DNA of 64,000 nucleotides, from the NCBI GenBank assembly GCA_003135635.1, contig PLCJ01000001.1, positions 8,836-72,835 of the forward strand, given 5' to 3'. Under the pieces are notes generated by a model, which was not told where the DNA came from, ran no database searches, and saw only the letters and a program-made list of their open reading frames with translations. Below, piece by piece: positions 19,419 to 28,073 of the stretch. The position numbers and the translations under genes are program-made. The first letter of the stretch is position 1; the number at the start of each line of letters is the position of its first letter. Source of the DNA: Candidatus Adlerbacteria bacterium (GTDB taxonomy: Bacteria; Patescibacteriota; Minisyncoccia; Phycocordibacterales; SBAW01).

Positions 19419-20453
19419 ATGTTTATGAGAGACCTAAAGCAACACCCTATTTTTGAGGCTACAGACCCGACCCGTGGTCGATCGGTACGTATCTCAGCAC
19501 CATCTCCAAAGTGGCTTAATCCGTTTTGGAAAGATGGAGTGGTTATCCGTGCAGCCGGAATTCCGGGAGAGTTGCCCCATAGTAAATTCTACGTGGCTCG
19601 CGAACTTTTGCTGGGTGGCATCCTTGATGGATCAATCCTACCTGGTACCACCATTGTCGAAGCAACGAGCGGTAATACCGGTGATGGGCTTGCATTATTT
19701 TGCAAGGCACTTGGCTTACCAGTCAGACTTATCATATCGGCTGGCACGGTCGGATGGAAGGTGGATAAAATCCGGGTGATGGGAAGTGGCGTAGAAGTCG
19801 TACTAGATACCATCGCGGGGGAAACCACGGTTGAACGTGCCCGCCGGGAAGGTAAATTAGAAGGACACTACAACCCCGACCAGTATGCAAACCCTCTCAA
19901 TCCACTTTCGCACAAAAAATATTTGGCTCCGCAGCTCTTTAAGGCAGCGGAGGAAATAACTCTTCTTGCGGTTGCGTCAGGTACGATGGGCACTTCCATG
20001 GGCCTCAAGCAATATGCGGAGGAACAGGGTCTTCCTACCTACGTACTTGCTGTTATTCTCGAAGAGAAAGAAGAAGTTCCCGGCATTCGGTCGCTTAGTA
20101 AGATCAAACATGATATACGGCAGCCGTGGAAGAACTTTTTCACGCTTGAAGATCTTGAGTTCGTAAAGCGTCACGAATCGTTTCTTACGTCCTTTTACTC
20201 TTGGCGGTGGGTGCTGCAATCATTTGGCCCGAGCTACGGTTCAGCGCACTTCGGCGCGCTCAAACGCCTCTATAAAGCCAAACGGGCAGGGACGCTTGAT
20301 CGCTACCGTTCGAAGAGGAGTGGAATGGTTGAAGTGGTTGTTCTCGGCGCTGACACGAACGCTCCTTATCTCGACCTCTTCTCAGGAGAGCTCAAGGCTG
20401 AGGAACGACACACGGATAAGGAACCAGATCTTCTAAGTTTACTCGCGGCATAG
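19419..20453 (+). CDS. PLP-dependent enzyme of cysteine synthase / Trp-synthase-beta fold (PALP), with ~100-aa C-terminal extension
   Basis: TSGNTGDGLAL glycine-rich PLP loop, HSKFYVAREL (Lys candidate); function not assignable. Confidence 0.55.
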   Translation: MFMRDLKQHPIFEATDPTRGRSVRISAPSPKWLNPFWKDGVVIRAAGIPGELPHSKFYVARELLLGGILDGSILPGTTIVEATSGNTGDGLALFCKALGLPVRLIISAGTVGWKVDKIRVMGSGVEVVLDTIAGETTVERARREGKLEGHYNPDQYANPLNPLSHKKYLAPQLFKAAEEITLLAVASGTMGTSMGLKQYAEEQGLPTYVLAVILEEKEEVPGIRSLSKIKHDIRQPWKNFFTLEDLEFVKRHESFLTSFYSWRWVLQSFGPSYGSAHFGALKRLYKAKRAGTLDRYRSKRSGMVEVVVLGADTNAPYLDLFSGELKAEERHTDKEPDLLSLLAA

Positions 20454-20473
20454 ATAGTCCTCTACAAAGACTC

Positions 20474-20507
20474 GCCCGGTTGGAATCTCCAACCGGGCAT
20501 TTTTTTC
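20474..20507 (+). terminator. Rho-independent terminator
   Basis: GCCCGGTTGG-aatctc-CCAACCGGGC followed by ATTTTTTTC. Confidence 0.85.
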
Positions 20508-20794
20508 TCACTAACAGTATTTGAGTTCATCAACATATACAGCACAATAAAATAGAAGAGGGTTCGCATTTCTGCGAACCCTCAAACGCTAGATTTAAGT
20601 CTAGCGAGACTTGTGGATCATCCTCCCTTCTTGGGAGAAGGGGGACGGTACGCGGCGTAGGTATGCTGATTTACGACGCCTAAACAAAGTCTCAAATGAG
20701 AGGTACCTCCTATAGGGGACAATATATGATAGGAAGGAAATTGGCAACGATTTTTTGTGAATAAAATTTTGTCGCTTACAAAATGTTCTCTTAC

Positions 20795-21409
20795 CTATTC
20801 TTTATCAGCAAATACCACTAGTCGATCGGAGTAACTTTTCTGAGCCTTATTCCAAACTCCCTGGCACGTGATGAGATTAAGGTGTGCTTTTCCATCGCTT
20901 GAATTAAACACACTTGAGGCATCCTCATTCTGGTCATATGTCCGAACTTCGCGTACCACGAAAGTAGTTATTGTTCCTGTTTCATCTTCAACGTATATTT
21001 TGTCTCCTTTCTGCAATTTATATAAATTATCAAATACCGCTGGTATGCCATTTTTCCAGCCGAAGTGCCCGACAATAACAGCACTACCATTTTCTCCGGG
21101 ACGTGGTCCGAGATCAAACCAGGCTGCGTTAACGGGACCTTCCGGTACCCCCACTGCTCCTTGAGGCGTAAGACCCACAGATTCGAGGGCGGCATCAACA
21201 TTAATCTTTGGAATTTCGAGATGCACTGGCAATCCAGAATTCACTTTTTCTTGTTCATACAGAGCAGAGGTGTTTGCGGCAAGTGCTATCGGGACGTTCT
21301 GAGTCGGGCTTCTTAAGAAAAAAAGGAAAACAAACACTAAAGAAAGCGCAACTCCTGCGAAGGTGATTATTACTAGTGTTCGCCTTAATAAGGTTTTCGA
21401 TATATTCAT
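20795..21409 (-). CDS. Sortase (transpeptidase), membrane anchored
   Basis: N-terminal TM, LEIPKINVDAAL, VGHFGW, catalytic LITC motif; start trimmed to ATG 21409 (MNISKTLL). Confidence 0.85.
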   Translation of the reverse strand: MNISKTLLRRTLVIITFAGVALSLVFVFLFFLRSPTQNVPIALAANTSALYEQEKVNSGLPVHLEIPKINVDAALESVGLTPQGAVGVPEGPVNAAWFDLGPRPGENGSAVIVGHFGWKNGIPAVFDNLYKLQKGDKIYVEDETGTITTFVVREVRTYDQNEDASSVFNSSDGKAHLNLITCQGVWNKAQKSYSDRLVVFADKE

Positions 21410-21512
21410 ACACAACTCAGAAGAGCCAGACCAGCCTTGCTCCTTGGTCTGGCTCTTCTTGCTTACCGGCAGGCAAGGCAAACAATTTTGTTAACTCTCT
21501 TCAAGACTTGGA

Positions 21513-23099
21513 CTACATTGTTAGTTCCTTTCGAGCTAGATAGAACGAGAACAGGGCAAGGAAAATTCCAGTCGGAATGATGATATTCCATGGAGTATTC
21601 CCTTCAGGAGGAAGTCCTGTATTGGGCAAACCAGGAGCAGTTACAGCGACAGTAGCGGGTGAGAAATCGATGGCGGTCAAACCATTGGCACTTCCCTCGG
21701 CCGTGCCGATGTTTGTTGTTGTTTGTGTAAGGTGCGTTTGGCAAGTGAAAGTCCATGTTTCATTACTATCAAGCAGACCATTGTGATTGAGGTCTCCCGG
21801 ATTTCCCAAGACGAGGCCTGGTAGACCGGTACATTTATTGTCAGTAACACTGACATTATTCAGTGGCACTATACCGGGGTTGGTTACCGTGTACGTGTAG
21901 GTAACTGCTCCACCGCCTGCAGGAAGAACAAACACGCTGGGCTTTTTTACTAGGTGGATTAACGGCGGCGTCAATGGCAGTCCAACAACGACAGTTGCGT
22001 TTGCGGTGTCGTACGTGTCCCAACCATTAGCCTGACCATGAGCAGTAGCTGTATTTGTCTGAGTTTGAGAAACTGTTTTAGTACAGTTGTATATCCATGT
22101 TTCAGTTACATCAAGCATTGAGTCATGGTTGGTATCGCCAGATACATATGTTACAGGACTACACATATTGTCCTTGACCCACACACCATGCATTGCAACT
22201 GTGCTTAGATTGGTCGCTGTGTATATGTAAGTAACAGATCCAGGTCCTGAAGGTAAAGCTAAAGGATTTGGTACTTTTATAATGTCAATAAGTGGTAATA
22301 CCGCAAAACTACCGCCACCAGCACCAGGTCCAGATGGTGGGGGAGGAGGAACCACACACGTCGCTTTGATAACGTGAGTATTATTTAATGTAACCGCAGC
22401 ATTTCTTGCCAGAAGTCTTCCGTTGACAGTTGAACCGCCGTTATCTGTGATCGATTGTAAGGCTAGTATATTTCCCTTGAAATCGGAGCCCGTTCCAAGT
22501 GTTGCAGAACTGGTGACTTGCCAAAAGACGTTGCAAGCCTGGGCACCGTTGATCAAGGTTACATGGCTTGCTGATGCTGTGGTTAGCGTGGAGCCCGCTT
22601 GAAAGATGAAGACTGCATTGGGATCGCCACCGGCATCGAGTGTAACCGTTCCGGTGATTGCAAACGAGCTGGGGTCATTGTAAACACCAGGTGTCAGCAC
22701 TGCCCCCCCGAGGTCATGGATCGGACCGTACGTTGTAGTCGGTGTTTGTCCTGCGGCGTTTGTGTAGGCCGCAGTCAGAGAAGTTTGGGCTGCACCCACT
22801 AAGACTGGGTTATTTCCCGCGGCACCTGCAGGACCAGTGGCGTCAACGGCATATATCGTGCCCGTTACTTCTCCTGTAGTTAACACCGGCGTAAGATAAA
22901 AGGTACCTGCGGCTGGACTCAATCCAACATCCCCGCTAATAACAGAGGGAGTAGTGTCCGTAATCGCCGAGCCGGCCAGAACTGCAAAACTATCCGCAGT
23001 GCCAAGACTTACCGTCGTCGCAGCTCTGACTAGCCCAGCCAGACCAAACGTAAACGCAACAGTCAGTACAACTACTGAAACCTTATTAAATATTTTCAT
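21513..23099 (-). CDS. LPXTG-anchored surface protein: N-terminal DUF3494 (ice-binding-like) domain + two DUF11/TIGR01451 repeat domains
   Basis: Signal peptide; LGTADSFAVLAGSAIT...ISGDVGLSP; Pro-rich linker PPPPPSGPGAGGG; C-terminal LPNTG + hydrophobic helix + RKE tail. Confidence 0.85.
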   Translation of the reverse strand: MKIFNKVSVVVLTVAFTFGLAGLVRAATTVSLGTADSFAVLAGSAITDTTPSVISGDVGLSPAAGTFYLTPVLTTGEVTGTIYAVDATGPAGAAGNNPVLVGAAQTSLTAAYTNAAGQTPTTTYGPIHDLGGAVLTPGVYNDPSSFAITGTVTLDAGGDPNAVFIFQAGSTLTTASASHVTLINGAQACNVFWQVTSSATLGTGSDFKGNILALQSITDNGGSTVNGRLLARNAAVTLNNTHVIKATCVVPPPPPSGPGAGGGSFAVLPLIDIIKVPNPLALPSGPGSVTYIYTATNLSTVAMHGVWVKDNMCSPVTYVSGDTNHDSMLDVTETWIYNCTKTVSQTQTNTATAHGQANGWDTYDTANATVVVGLPLTPPLIHLVKKPSVFVLPAGGGAVTYTYTVTNPGIVPLNNVSVTDNKCTGLPGLVLGNPGDLNHNGLLDSNETWTFTCQTHLTQTTTNIGTAEGSANGLTAIDFSPATVAVTAPGLPNTGLPPEGNTPWNIIIPTGIFLALFSFYLARKELTM

Positions 23100-23116
23100 A
23101 TATCTTATTTGTTAAT

Positions 23117-24295
23117 CTAATAATGTGCACTTATATAGCCTCTCGTTATTGGTCCGAAATTTCCCAGAGCTGGGCTAATCCCCACACTCGCTTGAAACTC
23201 AGCCAATGCTGCACGGGTCAGAGCGCCAAAATAAGCAGTCGCGCCAACGTTAGCCAAGGCTTGAGCAGCTGGACCTTTATTTTGGGAAATCAAAAACTGT
23301 TGAAGGATTGTTACATTGTTATTACTCTTGCCTTTTTGAAGATTGACCGCGATCGTTCGAATTTGTTGGCCAGAAGCGGAAGATGCAGTGGCAGTTGCAT
23401 TAGTAGTCGGAACTGTAGATTGCGTAACTGGATAGACATACACATATCCTCCTCCACTACCACCACTGGATGATGAACTAACTGGCACTGTGGAAGTGGG
23501 GGTTGTAGCGGGGGTTGGAGTTGGAGTCATAACCACAGTGGAAGGAATAGTGACAGAATTCGCATTTAATGTAACTGCACTTTGCGCCAACGCTCTACCA
23601 ATTAATTGTGCACCAGTGTTCAGCACAATCGCTGTTTGATCTAATATATTTCCATTAAAGACAGCGGTCGTACCGATGGTCGTTTGACCGGCAACAACCC
23701 AAAAAACATTACCAGCCTGGGCACCGCCAGCAAGAACTATGTTTGTAGCGGAGCTAATACTAAGATTTTGCGCTACCTGAAAAATCCAGACATCATTGGC
23801 ACCACCAGAGAGAGTGACATTTGTTGGTATTGTTACATTAGTACTCCATTTATAGAGCCCAGGAGCGATTGTCAGTCCGCCAATATTTCCCGCTCCAAGT
23901 TCAGTCGCGGTCGGATTTGTCCTTCCAGCGGCATCGACGTACGCGGCTTGCATATCATTGACCGCAGCAGTTACAGTAGCAGGAGTTGGGTTAGCATAAT
24001 CCGGGGCATATATATTTCCAGTTACTAAGGCTGATGTGGAAAATGCACTCGCTGCGGGAAGAATTAACGCAAATCCGGTTATATAACTCGCGGCTGCCGG
24101 ACTGAGTCCAAGATTTCCAACAATGGAGGTGGATCCGGTAGTTGAGATTCCTGTTTTTGCCAGAATCACAAAATTACCTGCCGTTCCAAGATTTACTGCT
24201 GCCGGGCCGGCCGCAAGCGCAGTAATTGGCCCAGCGAGAACAAGCACCGAGGCGGCGGTTAATATAACTACCGAAACCTTATCAAATATTTTCAT
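23117..24295 (-). CDS. Secreted DUF3494 (ice-binding-like) protein with C-terminal peptidoglycan-binding (PG_binding_1-like) domain
   Basis: Paralogous N-terminus (MKIFDKVSVVILT vs MKIFNKVSVVVLT, near-identical DNA around start codons); LGTAGNFVILAKTGIST...VGNLGLSP; C-terminal LQQFLISQ...YFGALTRAALAEFQ. Confidence 0.8.
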   Translation of the reverse strand: MKIFDKVSVVILTAASVLVLAGPITALAAGPAAVNLGTAGNFVILAKTGISTTGSTSIVGNLGLSPAAASYITGFALILPAASAFSTSALVTGNIYAPDYANPTPATVTAAVNDMQAAYVDAAGRTNPTATELGAGNIGGLTIAPGLYKWSTNVTIPTNVTLSGGANDVWIFQVAQNLSISSATNIVLAGGAQAGNVFWVVAGQTTIGTTAVFNGNILDQTAIVLNTGAQLIGRALAQSAVTLNANSVTIPSTVVMTPTPTPATTPTSTVPVSSSSSGGSGGGYVYVYPVTQSTVPTTNATATASSASGQQIRTIAVNLQKGKSNNNVTILQQFLISQNKGPAAQALANVGATAYFGALTRAALAEFQASVGISPALGNFGPITRGYISAHY

Positions 24296-24797
24296 AATAT
24301 TATTTTTTTATAAGCGATTATTGGGAAATTATTAAATACACGTGGAGGTTACGGAATCTCGAAATTCCGAATGGTTGATAATGGTTTAATGGGTTGTTTG
24401 GACAATTGGGGGGCAAGAAGGGGGGTTAATGCCTTTCTTCTTATAGTCTACCCCCAATAAGCTTGCAATACCAACCCCTTGTGCATAATTGGGAAAGAAT
24501 TGACTCTAGGCAAAGGGTAGCAGTACGGCGGATCCTTGCGAATTTGCTTTATAACATGGGGACTTTCGGGGCGCACTGCAGCCATACCTCTGATAAAAAA
24601 TACCCTGTGCGGTGGGGGTTGGTCTCGGAATAAGACGTATGAGGCAGTGTAAGAGTTTTGGGACGAGTTAGCGACTCAGGAAACTGAGGGGGAACGGTCG
24701 GGATTTCCATCGCACCTCGCCTACTCCGAGTGCCGCTCGGAGGCTCTCGACTCTTTTCAGGAAGAGGGTGCCGTTCAGAAATAAAGCGCGGCGACTC

Positions 24798-25340
24798 TCA
24801 TTTAGGCTCCTGGCCGTATGCCTCATCTTGGACATTTGCGTCCGCGGCCACTTTGGTAACTTCGATAGTTCCGTCGATATGGTTTGGCGGAGCATAGACT
24901 GTATAGAGTTTGAGCGGGACGGTACCCGTGTTTATGAAATTATGCAGCGTTCCGGGCGTAACCACAACGACATCACCTGGGCCAATGGGGCTGATCTTTC
25001 CATTTAAGACCGCCTCTCCTGTGCCACTCACAAAGAACAGTGTCTGCTCGGTGTAGATATGTGTTTCCGCACCAATTTCCCCGCCGGGTGGAATGCTCTG
25101 GATGACAAGCTGGCTTCTGGTACCAGTAAAAAGAACTTTTCGAAAATCAGTATTTTGCTGTGTTTCTTGAACTATATTTCCCAGGTATGACATATTGGCT
25201 TTGCTATCTATTTGAGTGACACTGTAGACTACTCCGTCACCTTGTTTAGTTTGATAATAGAAATACATCCCGACCAAGGCGGCGATAAGAACTACTATGA
25301 CTACTACCAACGCTGAGTTACCTTGTTGTACTTTTTTCAT
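24798..25340 (-). CDS. Membrane-anchored cupin domain protein
   Basis: N-terminal TM, GGEIGAETHIYTEQTLFFVSGTG...GDVVVVTPGTLHNF cupin motifs. Confidence 0.75.
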   Translation of the reverse strand: MKKVQQGNSALVVVIVVLIAALVGMYFYYQTKQGDGVVYSVTQIDSKANMSYLGNIVQETQQNTDFRKVLFTGTRSQLVIQSIPPGGEIGAETHIYTEQTLFFVSGTGEAVLNGKISPIGPGDVVVVTPGTLHNFINTGTVPLKLYTVYAPPNHIDGTIEVTKVAADANVQDEAYGQEPK

Positions 25341-25568
25341 TTATTACTTTCGCTCGTGATTATTTGAATAATAGAAATGAGAGATGAGGTTCAAGACCTT
25401 CGTTGCTTTGAGTGTACCATTCTTCGAACATTGCGGTTCGTGACAAATCCCCGCGCTTTTCCGTATCCGCTCCGTTTGATTTTGTCGCTACGCGACGAGA
25501 GTTATTATCTCTCTCCACACGTGCGTCGCGAAGCGGCGCGGCTCTATCTAAACGCGAAGTTTCTATAT

Positions 25569-25656
25569 GCGGAGGCGGAAGGATTCGAACCTTCGGACCA
25601 GTTTCCCGGTCAGCAACTTAGCAGGTTGCTGCTTTCGACCGCTCAGCCACGCCTCC
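25569..25656 (-). tRNA. tRNA-Ser (anticodon GCU)
   Basis: Minus strand GGAGGCGTGGCTGAGCGG...CTGCTAA anticodon loop (GCT), long variable arm GACCGGGAAACTGGTCC, T-arm GAAGGTTCGAATCCTTC, acceptor closed; no encoded CCA. Confidence 0.88.
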
Positions 25657-25747
25657 GTGTTTTATACCCTACACCAAATATACATGACCTGCATTATGTG
25701 TCTGACAGTTGTAGCACAAAAAATATTATTTTCCTGTTCCTTTTATA

Positions 25748-25776
25748 TATGTAAGCATTGAGCGCAGATAAAGCGC
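25748..25776 (+). promoter_or_regulatory. Sigma-70-like promoter upstream of recG
   Basis: TTGAGC-17 nt-TATAAT ending ~8 nt before recG ATG region. Confidence 0.5.
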
Positions 25777-25783
25777 ACGTATA

Positions 25784-27949
25784 ATGGACACGATGCGTAT
25801 AGATGATAGCCTCTCTTCCCACTTCCGGCTTACCGATTCACAAAAAAGTGCCTGCGATACCTTAGGAATCAGAACGGTTCATGATCTTCTTTTTCACTTC
25901 CCTTCTCGTTATGAAGAAGGAGGAAATGAATCGACTATTAGTGGGCTTGCCTCTGGAATGGAAGCCTCCATTATCGGAGTGCTTGAAAAACTAGAAACGA
26001 AAAAATCTTGGAAACGAAAAATTCCGGTATCTGAAGGATATGTATGCGACCAGACCGGTCGCATCAAAGTAATGTGGTTTAACCAGCCCTACATCGCCAA
26101 GATGTATGCCGACGGAGTGCATGTGCGTGCAACCGGTAAGATAACCGGCTCAAGTGGCAAATTGTATTTAGCCAATCCTCATCTTGAGCGTATCTCTCCT
26201 ACTGAAAGCAGCTTATTTGAAAAAAAGACTGCCGACAAAAAAGAAGAGCGCGAACTTTTTGCGATCTATCCGGAAAGTCGTGGCATCACCTCGCTGTGGT
26301 TTCGGCATGCCATCCAAAAGGTGTTGACAAGTGAAATCATGGGCCCCCTGAAGGATCCGATTCCCGCAGATCTGCTCAAGCGCTACAACTTGCCGACGCT
26401 CAAAACCGCACTCGTGTGGGTGCATACGCCACAGCGGCTGAGGGATGCGGAGGCTGCGCGCAAGCGTTTTGCATTTCAGGAAGTATTTTTGATACAGCTT
26501 GAGCTTGGGCGCGAACGTCAAGCACAATTAAAAGAGCAAAGCTTCACCATTGATTCTCCTATAGAGGACATAGAAAGGTTTATGGGTGCGTTCCCTTTCA
26601 AAGCAACCCAAGCGCAAAAGCGAGCGATAAGTACCATCCTTGGTGATATGAAAAGCGGACTCCCGATGTCGCGCTTACTTGAAGGAGATGTGGGGAGTGG
26701 TAAGACCGCAGTTGCTGCAACAGTCGCATATTCGGTAGTGCATACACGCCCCCTAGGACAAAACTATGGAACCCTACAAGCCGCATACATGGCACCCACA
26801 GAGATTTTAGCAAAGCAACATTTTGAATCCTTCATAGCATACTTCAAACAGTTTCCCATCAATATCGGCCTTATCACCGGAAGCGGGTGTTATAAGTTTC
26901 CTTCTAAATTATCGCGAGAAAAAGCAACTCCCATCTCCCGTGCGCAGCTTTTAAAGTGGGTGGCAAATGGTGAGATACCGGTACTCATCGGCACGCACAC
27001 ACTTATTCAAAAATCAGTGCGGTGGAAACATTTGGCACTCGTTATCATCGATGAGCAGCATCGCTTTGGCACCAATCAGCGGCGTCTACTTACGCGCAAA
27101 GAAATACGTCTACCCCATTTACTCTCCATGACCGCAACACCAATCCCCCGAACGCTTGCGCTTACCATATACGGAGACCTAGACCTCACTTTGCTTGACG
27201 AGATGCCTCCGGGACGAAAACCTATTATCACCGAAATCATAAAGCCCGAAGACCGACTAAGAGCGTATGAAAAAATTCGCAAGGAACTACAGGCTGGTCG
27301 TCAAGCGTATATCATTTGTCCGCGCATCGATGAGCCAGATCCTGAAAAAGCATTTGCACTCATTGCAAAGTCAGTGAAAGCAGAGGCAAAACGATTGAAA
27401 AAAGATATATTCCCTGAGTACATCATAGGGATACTTCACGCAAAAATGAAAACCGCTGAAAAAGATGCCGTGATGCGTGCGTTTTCACTACATGAAACAG
27501 ATATCTTGGTTGCAACATCGGTCGTCGAGGTGGGTATCAATATACCAAACGCAACGGTCATCATGATTGAAGGTGCGGAGCGCTTCGGGCTTTCCCAGCT
27601 CCACCAGCTGCGTGGAAGAGTCGTTCGCAGTAACCACCAGGCCTATTGTTTTGTCTGTTCAGAGACCCGCGGGCAGGTGTCACTTACCCGACTCAAAAGT
27701 CTCATCACCGCCAAAAACGGCTTTGAACTTGCTGAACAAGATCTGATGCAGCGAGGACCCGGGGAGCTTTCTGGTCGCAAGCAGTGGGGCATTTCTGACA
27801 TTGGCATGGAAGCACTAAGAAATTTGAAATTGGTTGAAGCCGCCCGTAGTGAAGCTCTAGAGCTCATACAGCATGATGAGAAACTTGCTCACCATCCCCT
27901 CCTTTTGGAGGCACTCAAGCGGCGTCTGGGGGCGATGCATTTGGAATAA
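25784..27949 (+). CDS. recG: ATP-dependent DNA helicase RecG
   Basis: OB-wedge N-terminus, Walker A DVGSGKTAVA, DEQHRFG, helicase C motifs; 721 aa. Confidence 0.92.
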   Translation: MDTMRIDDSLSSHFRLTDSQKSACDTLGIRTVHDLLFHFPSRYEEGGNESTISGLASGMEASIIGVLEKLETKKSWKRKIPVSEGYVCDQTGRIKVMWFNQPYIAKMYADGVHVRATGKITGSSGKLYLANPHLERISPTESSLFEKKTADKKEERELFAIYPESRGITSLWFRHAIQKVLTSEIMGPLKDPIPADLLKRYNLPTLKTALVWVHTPQRLRDAEAARKRFAFQEVFLIQLELGRERQAQLKEQSFTIDSPIEDIERFMGAFPFKATQAQKRAISTILGDMKSGLPMSRLLEGDVGSGKTAVAATVAYSVVHTRPLGQNYGTLQAAYMAPTEILAKQHFESFIAYFKQFPINIGLITGSGCYKFPSKLSREKATPISRAQLLKWVANGEIPVLIGTHTLIQKSVRWKHLALVIIDEQHRFGTNQRRLLTRKEIRLPHLLSMTATPIPRTLALTIYGDLDLTLLDEMPPGRKPIITEIIKPEDRLRAYEKIRKELQAGRQAYIICPRIDEPDPEKAFALIAKSVKAEAKRLKKDIFPEYIIGILHAKMKTAEKDAVMRAFSLHETDILVATSVVEVGINIPNATVIMIEGAERFGLSQLHQLRGRVVRSNHQAYCFVCSETRGQVSLTRLKSLITAKNGFELAEQDLMQRGPGELSGRKQWGISDIGMEALRNLKLVEAARSEALELIQHDEKLAHHPLLLEALKRRLGAMHLE

Positions 27950-27972
27950 GAATACGATATAGTCGTGGCATT

Positions 27973-28044
27973 GCGCGAGTAGCTCAATGGTAGAGCATCC
28001 GTCTTATACACGGACGGCTCCTGGTTCGAGTCCAGGCTCGCGCA
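27973..28044 (+). tRNA. tRNA with anticodon UAU (tRNA-Ile(UAU)-like)
   Basis: GCGCGAG acceptor, D-arm GCTCAATGGTAGAGC, anticodon arm TCCGT-CTTATAC-ACGGA (U33, anticodon TAT, A37), T-arm CCTGGTTCGAGTCCAGG, 3' CTCGCGC+A; followed by CC. Confidence 0.8.
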
Positions 28045-28073
28045 CCGGAGGTTTAGCAGTATACTAATGTCGT

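Noticed and set aside
24340-24372. tRNA/tmRNA-like 3' end on the minus strand (CGGAATTTCGAGATTCCG + TAACCTCCA)
   Set aside because: Only an isolated T-arm-like hairpin; no matching acceptor 5' strand or D/anticodon arms nearby.
24296-24797. Calling this region RNase P RNA (rnpB)
   Set aside because: Only short fragments resemble conserved RNase P regions. Their order does not match CR-I to CR-V and no P4 pairing partner is visible, so it is kept only as an unassigned candidate structured region.
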